From contig NIVC01001189.1 of the NCBI GenBank assembly GCA_002269645.1, forward strand, positions 62,001-126,000: 64,000 nt of DNA, in the 5' to 3' direction. A program made the position numbers and the translations under genes. The DNA comes from Macrostomum lignano. Taxonomy: Eukaryota. Shown here piece after piece: positions 11,303 through 23,040 of this stretch; the stretch's first letter is position 1, and the number at the start of each line of letters is the position of its first letter. The notes under the pieces were generated by a model. The model had not been told where the DNA came from and did not search any database. It was given only the letters and a program-made list of their open reading frames with translations.

Positions 11303-13651
11303 GGCATTGAAAATAAAAAAGGCTGGATATTCCTTTCATGCATCAAATTTTGAAAATATGAAACATAACGAAAAGTAATATAAAATAATTTACACAACGA
11401 AACAAGCTTTAAAAATGGACTGAACTCATACCAAATTTACGCAAATTATCAAATACCGAGCGATATAAAACTCCAAAATAATGCCTAATTAATTTGATTA
11501 AGTAATAAAACTATTGTATTTAAAACTTTCAGAATAAACGCATGTGTTTTTATTTGCTATATAGAACAAGGAAATGATAAATTTGTTTAAAAAAGTTGCA
11601 ACACCGTTCAGCTGCCTGCAAAACATTTAACCAGATTTTTTATTAACGTTTCCTTTTAACGATTGGAAACGCCTACAAAAATATTATTTCACTGTCATTA
11701 ACTACTGAGTTAAAATTGACGAATAGTTGTTCAAGATCGTCAACGTTTAACGAGAGATGCATAGGTTGGATGTTGGAAACACATGCAATAGCAGTTGATG
11801 AAGGTCTATATGAAGAATCGTATTTTTGAAACATATACTTAATGCAGTGGAACACCAAAGAATGCTATATGCCCTTTCGCGATTTATTATTTAGAAACAT
11901 GCTTTTTGGAAGTTAAACATAATTGACTTTATTCAACACACTACGTAAATATGTACCCGCGTACTATTGAAGTATGTACACATGTCGATCACGTAGGTTG
12001 TAAAGTACACTTTTATGTTAAGTACAGTTAGGAAAGGAATGTAATTGTCTTGATTTTTTGCACATATCATGTATATGGCGATTTTCTCGAAATTATTTCT
12101 CGAAAATATAAAATTATGTAAGCTTGTACTACTACTATTACACCCATTTAAAACATCATATATCAACACTCTATATAGGAATAGGTATACACTCGAGAGT
12201 CCACAAAGATCTTTCTTCTCCTTTTCTACTGCCCCTACCACAGTATGATTCAAAATTATAAATTGACTTGTTCTCAATTCGTCACATCGCCTGATCAAAT
12301 CACACAACTTGTGTACAAAAGCGACGAAAAAATACACGCATGTACAAGCTGTGCGATCACGCTTACGTAAAATTGCTCTCATTTAATGGCGGCTTGAATG
12401 ACCCTAAGCCCGTTGTCAATGACTACAAGCTTGTGAGCGCTTCAAGGCAAGTAAGTGGCTGTCTGCAACAACCCTTCCCTTCCCTTTCGACACTTGCTGC
12501 TGTGTCAAATGCAGCTTGCTACGCTCGTGTATGGCTAAAATTTTCTGGCTTCGCGAGACGAACATCTCTTATACAATAAATAATTCAAATGAGTAGACAC
12601 AGAGCGACACACAGTAACACATAGTAGTCTAGCCTCCTAACCGCCATATCTCTTGTTTAACCCGAGCTGTATCCACCCAGCCAGACAGACGGCAAAGCGC
12701 GGGTGGAGGCTAGGTACACTGACTGTACCTGATCTGGATGGGTTAAAATGCTTATGCTGGCTGAGGCTTGAGAATTTGAGTAGGCGCCAGCCAAGCGTTG
12801 GCTAGCAACCGAAAAAATGCGCGCTAGGTAAAAAATAGAAGAGCCGAAGCAGTTGAAGATGAATGCTTTGTCAGGCAGGCAGGCAAAGCAGACAGGCAGG
12901 CTATATACTGTGATGATGACGAGCATTTAGTAAAAGGTTTTACGGACGAAAACTAGGGTGGTTCAAAAAAAGCAAATACAACAAAGAATATAAAATATAT
13001 GGTAAATTATTAAAATTTGCTATTTTGCTTACATTAACAGCTATACATTACTGGGGAAGGCTACTAATATGCAATATACTAAACAATCCAGGCATGTCTT
13101 TAGGATCAATGAAGATGACGCTTAGTTAAATGTTATTAAATCAATATATTTTATCGATTTTAGCATAAAAACTAGAACTATCAAATTGATATTTTCAATT
13201 TAAATTTCAGGTAAAACTAAAAAACCAACTGCATAGGAATTCACCTGGCACTGAGGGACTTGACTCTCAGCACTTGCGGGCAGCACATTATTTTTTGGAA
13301 CCCCCCCCCCTAAACTCCAAACCAGTGGAGATAGTGAGGCTAAACAAAACTTCTGAATGGCACCGCATTCTGAGCATTCGAGAGAAGAAGAATACGTGTT
13401 GCTGAGGAGGGGAGACCTGCCGAATGAGCCTTTATTATTTCTTACCCCAACCCACCCCGAATGCCGAAAATAGCGGGCAACAGTCGCCGAGGCTTTGGAC
13501 GATTCAATAGTATTTTATTAGGCGCAGGGTTCAGAAAAAGAATAAGCGCAAGGCTGCGTCTGTTTCTGTTCCGAGCGCGCGTCAACGTGAAAACAAAGTG
13601 ATCACTGCTGTAGAGCAGAACCAAACTTAAATCACACATCCGGCACTGAAA

Positions 13652-14987
13652 ATGGAAGAGAGCGAGGCCCAGAACACGGAGGAGACGCAGGAGGAGGAAG
13701 TTGCAGAGGTTGAAACCGGAGCAGGTGAGGCGGAGGCAGAAGCGGGCGGCGAGGCAGAGACGGAGGCTGCTGACGAAGCGGAGGCTGGTGAAGAAGCGGC
13801 GGAGGCTGGCGGAGAGGCAGAGGCAGAAGCGGGCGGCGAGGCGGAGGCCGAAGTCAGTGGCGATACAGAGGCTGCGGACGAAGCGGAGGCGGAGGCTGGC
13901 GGGGAGGCTGATGACGCCAAAGGCGACGCAGAGGCGGAGGCAGGCGGTGAAGCTGATGAAGAAGCAAGAGAGGCAGAAGGCGAAGCGAAGGCCGAGCCAG
14001 AAGTCGCTGAAGAGGAAACGGGAGAGGGCGAGGCTGCAGCCGAAGAAGAAGCTGGAGAAGGCGAAGCTGCTGAAGAGGAAGCTGGAGAAGGCGAAGCTGC
14101 TGAAGAGGAAGCTGGAGAAGGCGAAGCTGCTGAAGAGGAAGCTGGAAAAGGCGAAGCTGCTGAAGAGGAAGCTGGAGAAGGCGAAGCTGCTGCAGAGGAA
14201 GCTGGAGAAGGCGAAGCTGTTGAAGAGGAAGCTGGAGAAGGCGAAGCTGCTGAAGAGGAAGCTGGAGAAGGCGAAGCTACTGCAGAGGAAGCTGGAGAAG
14301 GCGAAGCTGCTGAAGAAGAGAAGGCGGAGCCTGAAGCTGAAGCCGATGCTGAAGCAGAACCAGCCGGAGACGTACCGGAAGAATTTGCGGAAGCATTTGC
14401 CGATTCCGACATTCCGCCTGAGGATCGGGCAGAATTCTGCGAGTCCTGGCGCCTAATTACCGAAGAGCGAGGCTACATCGAGGGTCGCAATGTGCGCCAG
14501 TTCGTACAGGCGCTGGGCCAGGACTGCGCCTGCCAGGATGCGGTGATGCAGCAGCTGGGGGAGCAAGGCTTTGACGAGGACAGTCAGCTGAGCCTCTCGG
14601 ACGTCAACAAGCTGTTGTCAGGCGCGTACAGGCCACGGGCGCAGGTGCAGGACGACCTGCTGCACAGCTTCCGCGTGTTCGACAGGAACGGCAACGGCTT
14701 CCTGGAATATGACGAGCTGTACCGGGCCCTGTTTCAGATTGGCAGCGAGGCACTAGAGGAGAGCGCGCGCGACGACTTCGACCGGCTGGTCCGCCTGGTT
14801 GACAAGAATCAGGACGGAAAGATTGACTACTCAGGTAAGTAGCGAGCGGTGCATCTTATTGGGAGTTACTAAGTAACGTGACAGTTTTGATTTCAGGGCG
14901 ATTGTTAACCGCCAATGAATTTCAGAATTCTGTCAGATGGTCACGATGGGCGTTGCCGAGCTTAGGCGGCAACTGGATGAAGACTGA
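13652..14987 (+). CDS. Calmodulin-like EF-hand protein with a long Glu/Ala/Gly-rich repetitive N-terminus, ~414 aa, 2 exons
   Basis: Exons 13652-14834 (G|GTAAGT) and 14926-14987 (TTTCAG|AA TTC ... TGA). Canonical EF loops DRNGNGFLEYDE and DKNQDGKIDYSE, the latter completed across the intron. About 10 copies of EEEAGEGEAA. Confidence 0.88.
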
Positions 14988-15472
14988 CGAGCAGCTTGAC
15001 GCAGCCGCCTACCTGTTGGAGGCGCGCAGAGTACACTTGCTGAATTATTAAACTACAAATGACTTTAAAAAACGTTGATTTATTTTTTTGCTCACCCGAG
15101 ATCGTCCTAAAGCCCTCTATAAATACGCCTTTAAACACAGACACGATATAATTTCAAGCCTTTTTAAATTTACTCAAGGTATTTTCCAATATTGTTAAAA
15201 TAAATAGAAGCTAAAATATCTGGCAACAAAAAATGGCGAATTACAGAGACAGGGAAATACATTAAACTGAAAAGCCGAACAGCGCAAACAGACGCGCATC
15301 CGATTCCAATCTTGTTTATTTGTTTTGGCCCTACAGTACAATTCAATGAAGAAGATAAACTATAGTTACTAATTAAAGAATATGAGCATTTTTCCTTAAC
15401 TGCTTGCGGTTGATAAAAGTCGCAGGTTCAAGCTGTGAAGCGAGTCTCAAGCACTGCATAGGCGCACTTGAT

Positions 15473-16133
15473 GGGGGTGTCCAAAAAGTATAGTCATACT
15501 TCTGTCTATATATATTTTATGCATGTCTGAAATTAGACAAGTTCGAAGTCACTGGAAAGCGGAAAAAACTCATCTTTTATTTGAATACAAACTTTTGTGC
15601 AGATTTTAATTTAACAACAAGTGTTTGCCTACTTATTTGGCCTATGATGAAGCATTGAGTTACAAAAAAGGTTGCATATCAAAATACGTGGCAGCACTTT
15701 TGTGCATAACATTTGACCTTAGATATTGACCTTAGGAGCAACAATCAATAAATTTATTTTCAGTATTTGTTCTGTCTATGGTTAAAAGTCATTAAAAAAC
15801 ATCCTAAAACTCTACGCGGCACCATAGACCAAATGAGTAAGCGACCATTTCTTATTAAATTGACATATACACTCAGCAACATTTAAAAGGGTCCATGGAC
15901 AGCGATCGATAGGTTCGCCACTTGGTTTTGGGCCATAGACAAATGAGCAAAAAGGGCAGGAAAGTAAAACATAGACTTGTTTCTTTGCTCCTTCTTTGTT
16001 GTCTTACTTTGATTGTCTATGGCCCAAACAAAGTTGAAAAAATCCCCAATAGTTCTTCAACTAGTGTAGCCTCTTGCGCAGATGTGGATAGCTTTCAATG
16101 CTGCAGAGTGTGCATGCACTTTGGACACCCCTC
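15473..16133. mobile_element. Possible degenerate Tc1/mariner-like non-autonomous element
   Basis: Short inverted ends GGGGTGTCCAAA (15474) and TTTGGACACCCC (16120-16131) resemble Tc1/mariner TIRs. No TA TSD is seen and the match is only ~12 bp. Confidence 0.3.
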
Positions 16134-17067
16134 GTGCATTCACAGATGCAACAGAAGTGATTAATTATTTCAAAGACATATTTATTGCAAATTATCAATA
16201 TAAGCAGGACGTTAATAAACCATTACAGTGCATACTAACAAACTGATCTAGAATTGATTAATCTACAAACAATCTATGCGCAGTGACTGCAGACTAAATT
16301 TGTCATTTTCACAGTTGAAAAAACCCGACAAAAATTAATATAGCTATTATAAAATAGAGTTAGATTATTTTTGCCTACTTAGAGTAGCAATACATAAAAA
16401 TGAAGACTTACTTTTACGCACAAATGAAAGATTAGATTGTCGAGCCCTATAAAAATGCAGACAATAATGTCATACACACGGCAAAAGAGGACACTGGAAT
16501 CTGGGCAGTGATGCGGAATCAATAACTGCTATATTAACATATTAGTACGCTTGTGAATACTAAATCAGAGCTTTGCCGACATTGGCTTAATTGAGCTACT
16601 AATAAAATTCGTCAATAATAATTATAATAATAACAAATAATAAAGGAAAGAAGTCGAACCAGCTTGAAGCACACAAAACGGAAAAAACACAAAAATGCAT
16701 CAAATGTTTATTTTAATATTGCAAAAATAGATCATATCTAATTAGCTATAATAGCCCGGGACTAAGCAGGCGCTCAGCTGTACAATTAAGACAGAAACTC
16801 AAGTTGGGGGTGTTGGGGGCATGAGTACAAGAGCGCTTTTACACAAGTGGAAAACTTCCCAAACAGATCAGTAACTTTACTGGTTGTCATGCAATAAGCA
16901 ATATGTCTAAATTTATACTCACTAGTATAGCATTTTTGGTACTGTCTGTTATTTTACACAGTAGAAGGCCTCAAAGGTGCAATAAATTTCTAATATCCTC
17001 TGCCTATGCACGCTTATGGAGCAGCAAGTTAAAAAATTATCTGCTCGTCTCCCTACGGGAAACGTGT

Positions 17068-17318
17068 GGTTTAGAGTGGTCACGTGACAACTGTTTCATC
17101 CAATAGCGAATCGCAGCACATATGCATGTCGGCATCATTGATTGGTTTAGAGTGGTCACGTGACAACTGTTTCATCCAATAGCGAATCGCAGCACATATG
17201 CATGTCGGCATCATTGATTGGTTTAGAGTGGTCACGTGACAACTGTTTCATCCAATAGCGAATCGCAGCACATATGCATGTCGGCATCATTGATTGGTTT
17301 AGAGCAGTCACGTGACTT
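17068..17318. repeat. 76 bp tandem triplication plus a partial 4th copy, containing GTCACGTGAC and CCAAT
   Basis: Units start at 17068, 17144, 17220 and 17296. Confidence 0.95.
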
Positions 17319-17458
17319 GAATTGTAGAGGCGGCAGAACAATTTCAAAATTTGCAAGGTGCCCGGAGCCTGACCCACCCCACCCTAATAAAATGCCAGTT
17401 CAATATCAAGTGCAATAACTTTCGCACCTGCATCAATCATGCAGACAGACTACTGCAG

Positions 17459-20400
17459 TTACTGCAACGGCTGCGGCGCGGCGGGTGACAGAGCGGCGGT
17501 GCTAGTGTCGAACTTGAGCTGGGCCTTGGACTTGAGATATTCGTCCTCGGCCAGCTGCAGCACGTCCGGCCGCAAACGTTTGTCGTGGGTGACGCAGCGT
17601 CGGATAAAGTTTTTAGCCTGCTCGGACACCCGGCAGCTGCTAGGCGTAGACGGAGGGAATTCCACTCGGCGAGCGTGCAGCAGTATGGTGTGATTGCGCA
17701 ACACGTCGGCCTGGCTCAGATTGTTGCCGAACGGCTTCTGGCCGTACAGGCACTGGTAGAAGATCACGCCTACGCTCCACACGTCCACTTTGCTGGATAT
17801 TTTTGGCACATTCTCTGAGCCGGTCTCGAAGCACTCGGGCGGCAGGTACCAATAGGTGCCGGAGCCTGGGCTGGTCAGGTCCATGCCCGTGTCAGCCTGG
17901 AGTTAAATTAAGTTATAAACTTGCTTCATACTACTGAGTGAAGTAGCTTATAAATTTTAATTATAAGACTGGGGAGCGTACTCTCATTTGCTCATGCGAC
18001 TAATTATACCCTCAAGATTCCTACAAAGGCCTCACCTGAAACTTGTCCTCCGTCATCACTTTACTCAGACCGAAATCTGTCAGTTTAATAGCGGCAATGG
18101 AGTCGCCTTCGCCCAGCAGAATATTGCCAGGCTTCAAATCGTAGTGAATGACTGGCGGCTTGCGCTGATTGAGATACTTCAGGGCGCTCACCACCTGGCA
18201 GATGATGTTCCTGGCCTCGCGTTCTGGCAAACTCTTGTTCTGCTTCAAATAGAAGTCCAGATCGCAGCCTTTGGAGTACTCCAGCACAGTGCAGAAGCAG
18301 TCGCAGTCGATGTCAAACACATCGTACACTTCAACAATACGCGGATGATGCAGGGTTTTGTGTATCTCAATCTCGCGCACCGCGTGGCGAATGTAATTGT
18401 CTTTCTTCTCCTTGGGCCAGGCCGGGTTTAGCTGGTGGATTTTGCAGGCAACGAACCGGTGCTCCGACAAGTCGTAGGCCTTGTGAACCTGGCCGGGCGG
18501 CGAGGGGAATTGCAGATCTTGTAGAGGGGGAATTGCAGATCTTGTAGAGGGGGAATTGCAGATCTTGTAGAAGGGGAATTGCAGATTTTGTAGAGAGGGA
18601 ATTGCAGATCTTGTAGAGGGAGAATTGCAGATCTAGTGGAAGGGGAATTGCAGATCTTGTAGAAGGGGAATTGCAGATCTTGTAGAATGGCCATTGCAGA
18701 TCTTTTAGAAGGGGAATTGCAGATCTTGTGGAAGGGGAATTGCAGATCTAGTAGAAGGGAAATTGCAGATTGCAGATTTGTGAAGGAAAAGGAGAGTTGC
18801 AAATGCTGTGGAATCAAAAATTTTAAGTGTGGTAGAAAATGAATTACAAATGGAGGAATGGGAAATACAGATGCACTCGGAGGGAAATCGAAATCTTTGC
18901 TATTTATACAATTGCCTACCTCGGAAAAGCCGCCCCTGCCCAGCAGAGAAAGCAGCATGTAGCGATCGTGCAGCTCTGTGTTGCCCTGAAACCGGCTGGA
19001 GTCCTCATTCTGTATGCGCTTCATCTCTCGAATGTGAACGTTTCTCTCCCTATCCAGCTTCTCCATCTCGTCACGGATTTCTTTTTCATCTTTAATGAAC
19101 ACCTGGCGTTGAATGTCGTACACCTCCAGCTGGGTGAAGAACTCATCAGCGTCCAGATCGGAGGCTCCGGTGGTGCCGGTTCCTGGCGAAGCGGCTAGCA
19201 GCTTGCGAGAGCCGACAGTCTTAGTGGCTCCGCCAGCTAGTGCGGGCTTCCGCTTGTTCCACTGCTTCCGTTCCTTCTCGATTCGTTCCTTCTCCTGCTC
19301 GATAAAGTGGCGCCGCCTGTGCAGCTCTAGGAAAGCGAAACCGTCGAACCATTTCTCTTCTAGCTCGGTGCCGCGGCGCATGCTGTGGAACTGGCCGAGG
19401 CGCAGTCTGTTAGCCTGGCAGCGATTGCGCGACTCGCGCTTCTCGGCGCGCGACTTCTCTATTAGCAGGGAGCGCAGCATCTCCCGGCCTCGTTCCTGGC
19501 TGTCCTTCAGCGATTGGATTGCGTTGCGTTGGCTGGCCACCATGCGGGCGAGATCGTCGCGCGCTTTAATCACATCGGCCAGCTCGGTCCTGGCGTCTGG
19601 ACTGGCTTGGCACTCTTTCACAGGCGACAGCCGCGATTTGGCAGCCTCCAGCAGCTGCAACGGCTGCTGCTGCTGTTGCTGTCGCTTGCGCGGACGGCCA
19701 GGCCGGCGAGTCGTTGCCGAGCTGACAGCGGCGCCGTCGCTGCTCCGACTGCTGCAGCTGTCGTCAGACAAAATAACGCACGGAGGATTGCTCAGAGCAG
19801 CTGGTGCCGGCAGCAGCGGCAGGCTAGAGGGCGGTACGGCGGGCTGCGTCGGCTGAGCGACGGGCTGAGACGGAGGCCGCTGCGCTGGGTTGAATTTTGT
19901 GTAAAACTCGTCGATTCGGCGACAGCGCCCGCCGGAACTGCCGGGAGTTTTCGGCTGGGCCTGCTGCTGCTGCGACGATGGCGCCGCTGCATCATCAACA
20001 GCGGAGCCTGCGGGCCCGGCCCGGCGCTTCCTGGCCGCCTTGGAGCCAGCAGCGGCAGGGGCCGTCGAGGCCGACGAACGACAGGCGCTTGGCGAGGCTG
20101 AAGACGAAGCGACGGGGCCGGCGGCTGCCACAGCGGCAGCGGCAGCGGCCAGAGCTGCGGAAGCCTGGCCTGGCTGAGGGGGCTCTTCCGTGCCGGTCGT
20201 GTCGCTGATGGTCACCATGGTGATGACGGTGCTGTTGCCAACAGCGGTTCCGCTGATGTTGCCGCCGACAGATTCCCTATTGAATGAGGCGGAGAAGTCC
20301 GCGGTGCTTGGATTGGAGGCTGCGTCAAGCTGGCCGGACTGGCCAGAGGACGACTGCGACAAGCCGCCGGCGCGATCGCCAGCCGCGGTGGTCGACGCCG

Positions 20401-20467
20401 CGCTGGCGCCGCCATAGCTGGGGCCTTGGAAACGGGCTTCTAGAAGCTCCTGTTTCCGCGCATCCAT
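17459..20467 (-). CDS. TLK: Tousled-like serine/threonine kinase, ~812 aa, 3 exons
   Basis: Exons 20467-18920, 18488-18036, 17896-17459 (2439 nt, phase 0 junctions). N-terminal [12 protein letters not shown], coiled coil, and kinase motifs [67 protein letters not shown]. Confidence 0.95.
18505..18780. repeat. Intronic minisatellite, 22 bp unit (GGGGAATTGCAGATCTTGTAGA)
   Basis: Tandem array in TLK intron 1, next to the acceptor. Confidence 0.93.
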
Positions 20468-21269
20468 GCGCAGAGCCAGGAATGAGTTAGATCCAATGCA
20501 ATGGCGAGACAATAGGATCTTCCATTTAAATAAAACACAATATGTACACTTTCTATTCTAAATAAAAACTTTTTGTACACTCATTTCTAAAAGGCTACCG
20601 AGATAGTCTTTGGCACACAGTCTATATTACCTAGACGTGTCACTCCAACATTCGCTAATGTGTTTAGCGGCCGTCCCTGAGGCCCCGAAAACCCCAGGGT
20701 TAGGGCCACAGACACCAGCTGCTATTGCTTATGCTTGAGAGCAACAGAAGCTACAGTCTATGGTCCTAATCGGCCAGGCGGCTGTAGTGGCCCACCATCT
20801 AGGATAATAGAATCTGTGTCCTTTGGTGTCGGGATAGTGTCTGGCCATAGACAGTCAGTCTTATAGAATGCATGTCTATTCCCCAGTTTGATTATCATTT
20901 TAGTCTATGGCCAAACCATTCGCTTCGCACATAAGAGAAAGTTTTTATGGTCTATAAATCAGAAACGTATCGCATGGGGAGGCATCATACAAACTATTTT
21001 GCAATTGAATTCGTCCACGAAGGAGTTCATAATAATTGGAGCTAAATTTATATAACAGACAACTGCAGTTTTGGCTGTTTTCTTTTCGGAATAAAGGAAT
21101 GGATGAAAAAAGGTTTAGTGAGTAAACAGTTGTATATGGTATGAACTACATTAATTCAGCTCCCATTAAGAAAGCATTAGTGGACGAAAAGTTTTGCAGA
21201 TAGAACGATTTCAATTGCAAACAGGAATATTTTCGCATTTAAGCCCTAAATTCTCAAATGTGTCTTATT

Positions 21270-21580
21270 GACATTGTCACACAACCGGCGAGAGGCATTG
21301 CTGCCCATTCCGCCGACTCCCCTGAGCAGGCAGACAAGCGCGCGGATACGTACGCGATCATACGCACAGGCACACACACAGACATGAGTATATACTTGTA
21401 CACTTGCATGTACACTTCACTGTGCCTTGGGGGTTGGCCCTCAAGGCCGTTAATTGCACGAGCAGAGTCAAGCCGAGATTCCAATTTAGCCCCAAATTAA
21501 TTAATGCGACTGCACTTGGAATCGAGCCTGGGCCGCTGGCACACCAGAGCGCCGCGCCAGACCACTGGGCTACGGACCCC
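21270..21580 (-). mobile_element. tRNA-derived SINE family A, copy 3
   Basis: Reverse-complement match to the copies at 2625 and 5481, including head GGGTCCGTAGCCCAGTGG and B box. Confidence 0.88.
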
Positions 21581-22149
21581 TCCAAATATTATTACAACTT
21601 TGATGCAGTACTCACTAATTCTATTCTGGAATGCTTAAATTATATAATGAAATATAGAAATTCAGCTAACACGACTGAAAAAAGAAACTAGCATAGTTGT
21701 GATAATAATTTTATTTAATACGGAAACTCCAAATAGGTTATTGAATATTTCGTTTGGTTCAACAGCATATTTTAGAAATTTGTCAAATAGCAAGAAGAGA
21801 TTTGACATTCGATTTGTACACAGCAACAGCCGTGACAGTGACCATGAAATCAGTGACCAGTGTTTGATATAAATAAAAGCTGAGTTATTGGCAAACTGGA
21901 ACAGAATAATAGCAAAGATTCGAGACAGCACTGTGTCAATAGTACACCTGCTGGATTGTATATCAGCATATAATATTTAACTATAGATGGACTAAGACTA
22001 ACACCAGACCTGTAAATAAATGCTAAAACAAAGTATTAAAACACGAAAAAGAAATATAGAAAATTAGATTAGACAGAGAAACAGAATCTATGTATTGGTA
22101 ATATGAGCCAATGTTTCTAGTTGGTGAAGTTGTCTGAAGCTTCTGGTTG

Positions 22150-22640
22150 AAGTCTCGGGTTGTGATGGTGAAGTCTCTAGTTGGGATGGTGAAGTCTCGG
22201 ATTGTGATGGTGAAGTCTCGGATTGTGATGGTGAAGTCTCGGATTGTGATGGTGAAGTCTCTAGTTGTGATGGTGAAGTCTCTAGTTGTGATGGTGAAGT
22301 CTCGAGCTGTGATGGTGAAGTCTCTAGTTGTGATGGTGAAGTCTCTAGTTGTGATGGTGAAGTCTCGGATTGTGATGGTGAAGTCTAGGATTGTGATGGT
22401 GAAGTCTAGGATTGTGATGGTGAAGTCTAGGATTGTGATGGTGAAGTCTAGGATTTTGATTGTGAAGTCTAGGATTGTGATGGTGAAGTCTAGGATTGTG
22501 ATGGTGAAGTCTAGGATTGTGATGGTGAAGTCTAGGATTGTGATGGTGAAGTCTCGGATTGTGATGGTGAAGTCTAGGATTGTGATGGTGAAGTCTCTAG
22601 TTGTGATGGTGAAGTCTCTAGTTGTGATGGTGAAGTTTCG
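22150..22640. repeat. Minisatellite, 21 bp unit (GTGATGGTGAAGTCTAGGATT)
   Basis: Tandem array downstream of the DPY19 stop codon. Confidence 0.95.
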
Positions 22641-23040
22641 AGTGGGCGATGGGTAAGACAGTAGGAATTTTTGCTTGATTTAGCATTGGTTTAGCGATCA
22701 GTTAGATTAAATGAAGAAACATTCATTGCTAGCCTGTGGTACTCAGTAGAAACAGAATACACCTAAACAATGTGGTCTTTCGCTACCTCACAGCTAAAAA
22801 AAATAAACAGCATAACATTAACAATCCTATAGTTTTTTCTAATACAATAAACGATTTTTATAAACACTAAAATGATCGGAGTGAACACAATAAAACGTGC
22901 AAAACAGAGTCCTTAGGCAAGCTAAAGAATCAATATCAAAGCTGCTGAACGACACAGTCAAATACAGTCCCTACACATTTATAATGCCACCAAAATAGAA
23001 AACCGCAACCGCATGCGACCACCCAAACCAGTCAGCACTG

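Noticed and set aside
13627-14456. Antisense S/A/P-rich ORF and +1-frame K/R-rich ORF
   Set aside because: Shadows of the low-complexity acidic EF-hand coding region.
18428-20512. 694-aa single-exon ORF as the TLK product
   Set aside because: Homology breaks at GGFSE|V, which is a GT donor, and resumes after the AG at 18489. The ATG at 20467 fits the conserved start better than 20512.
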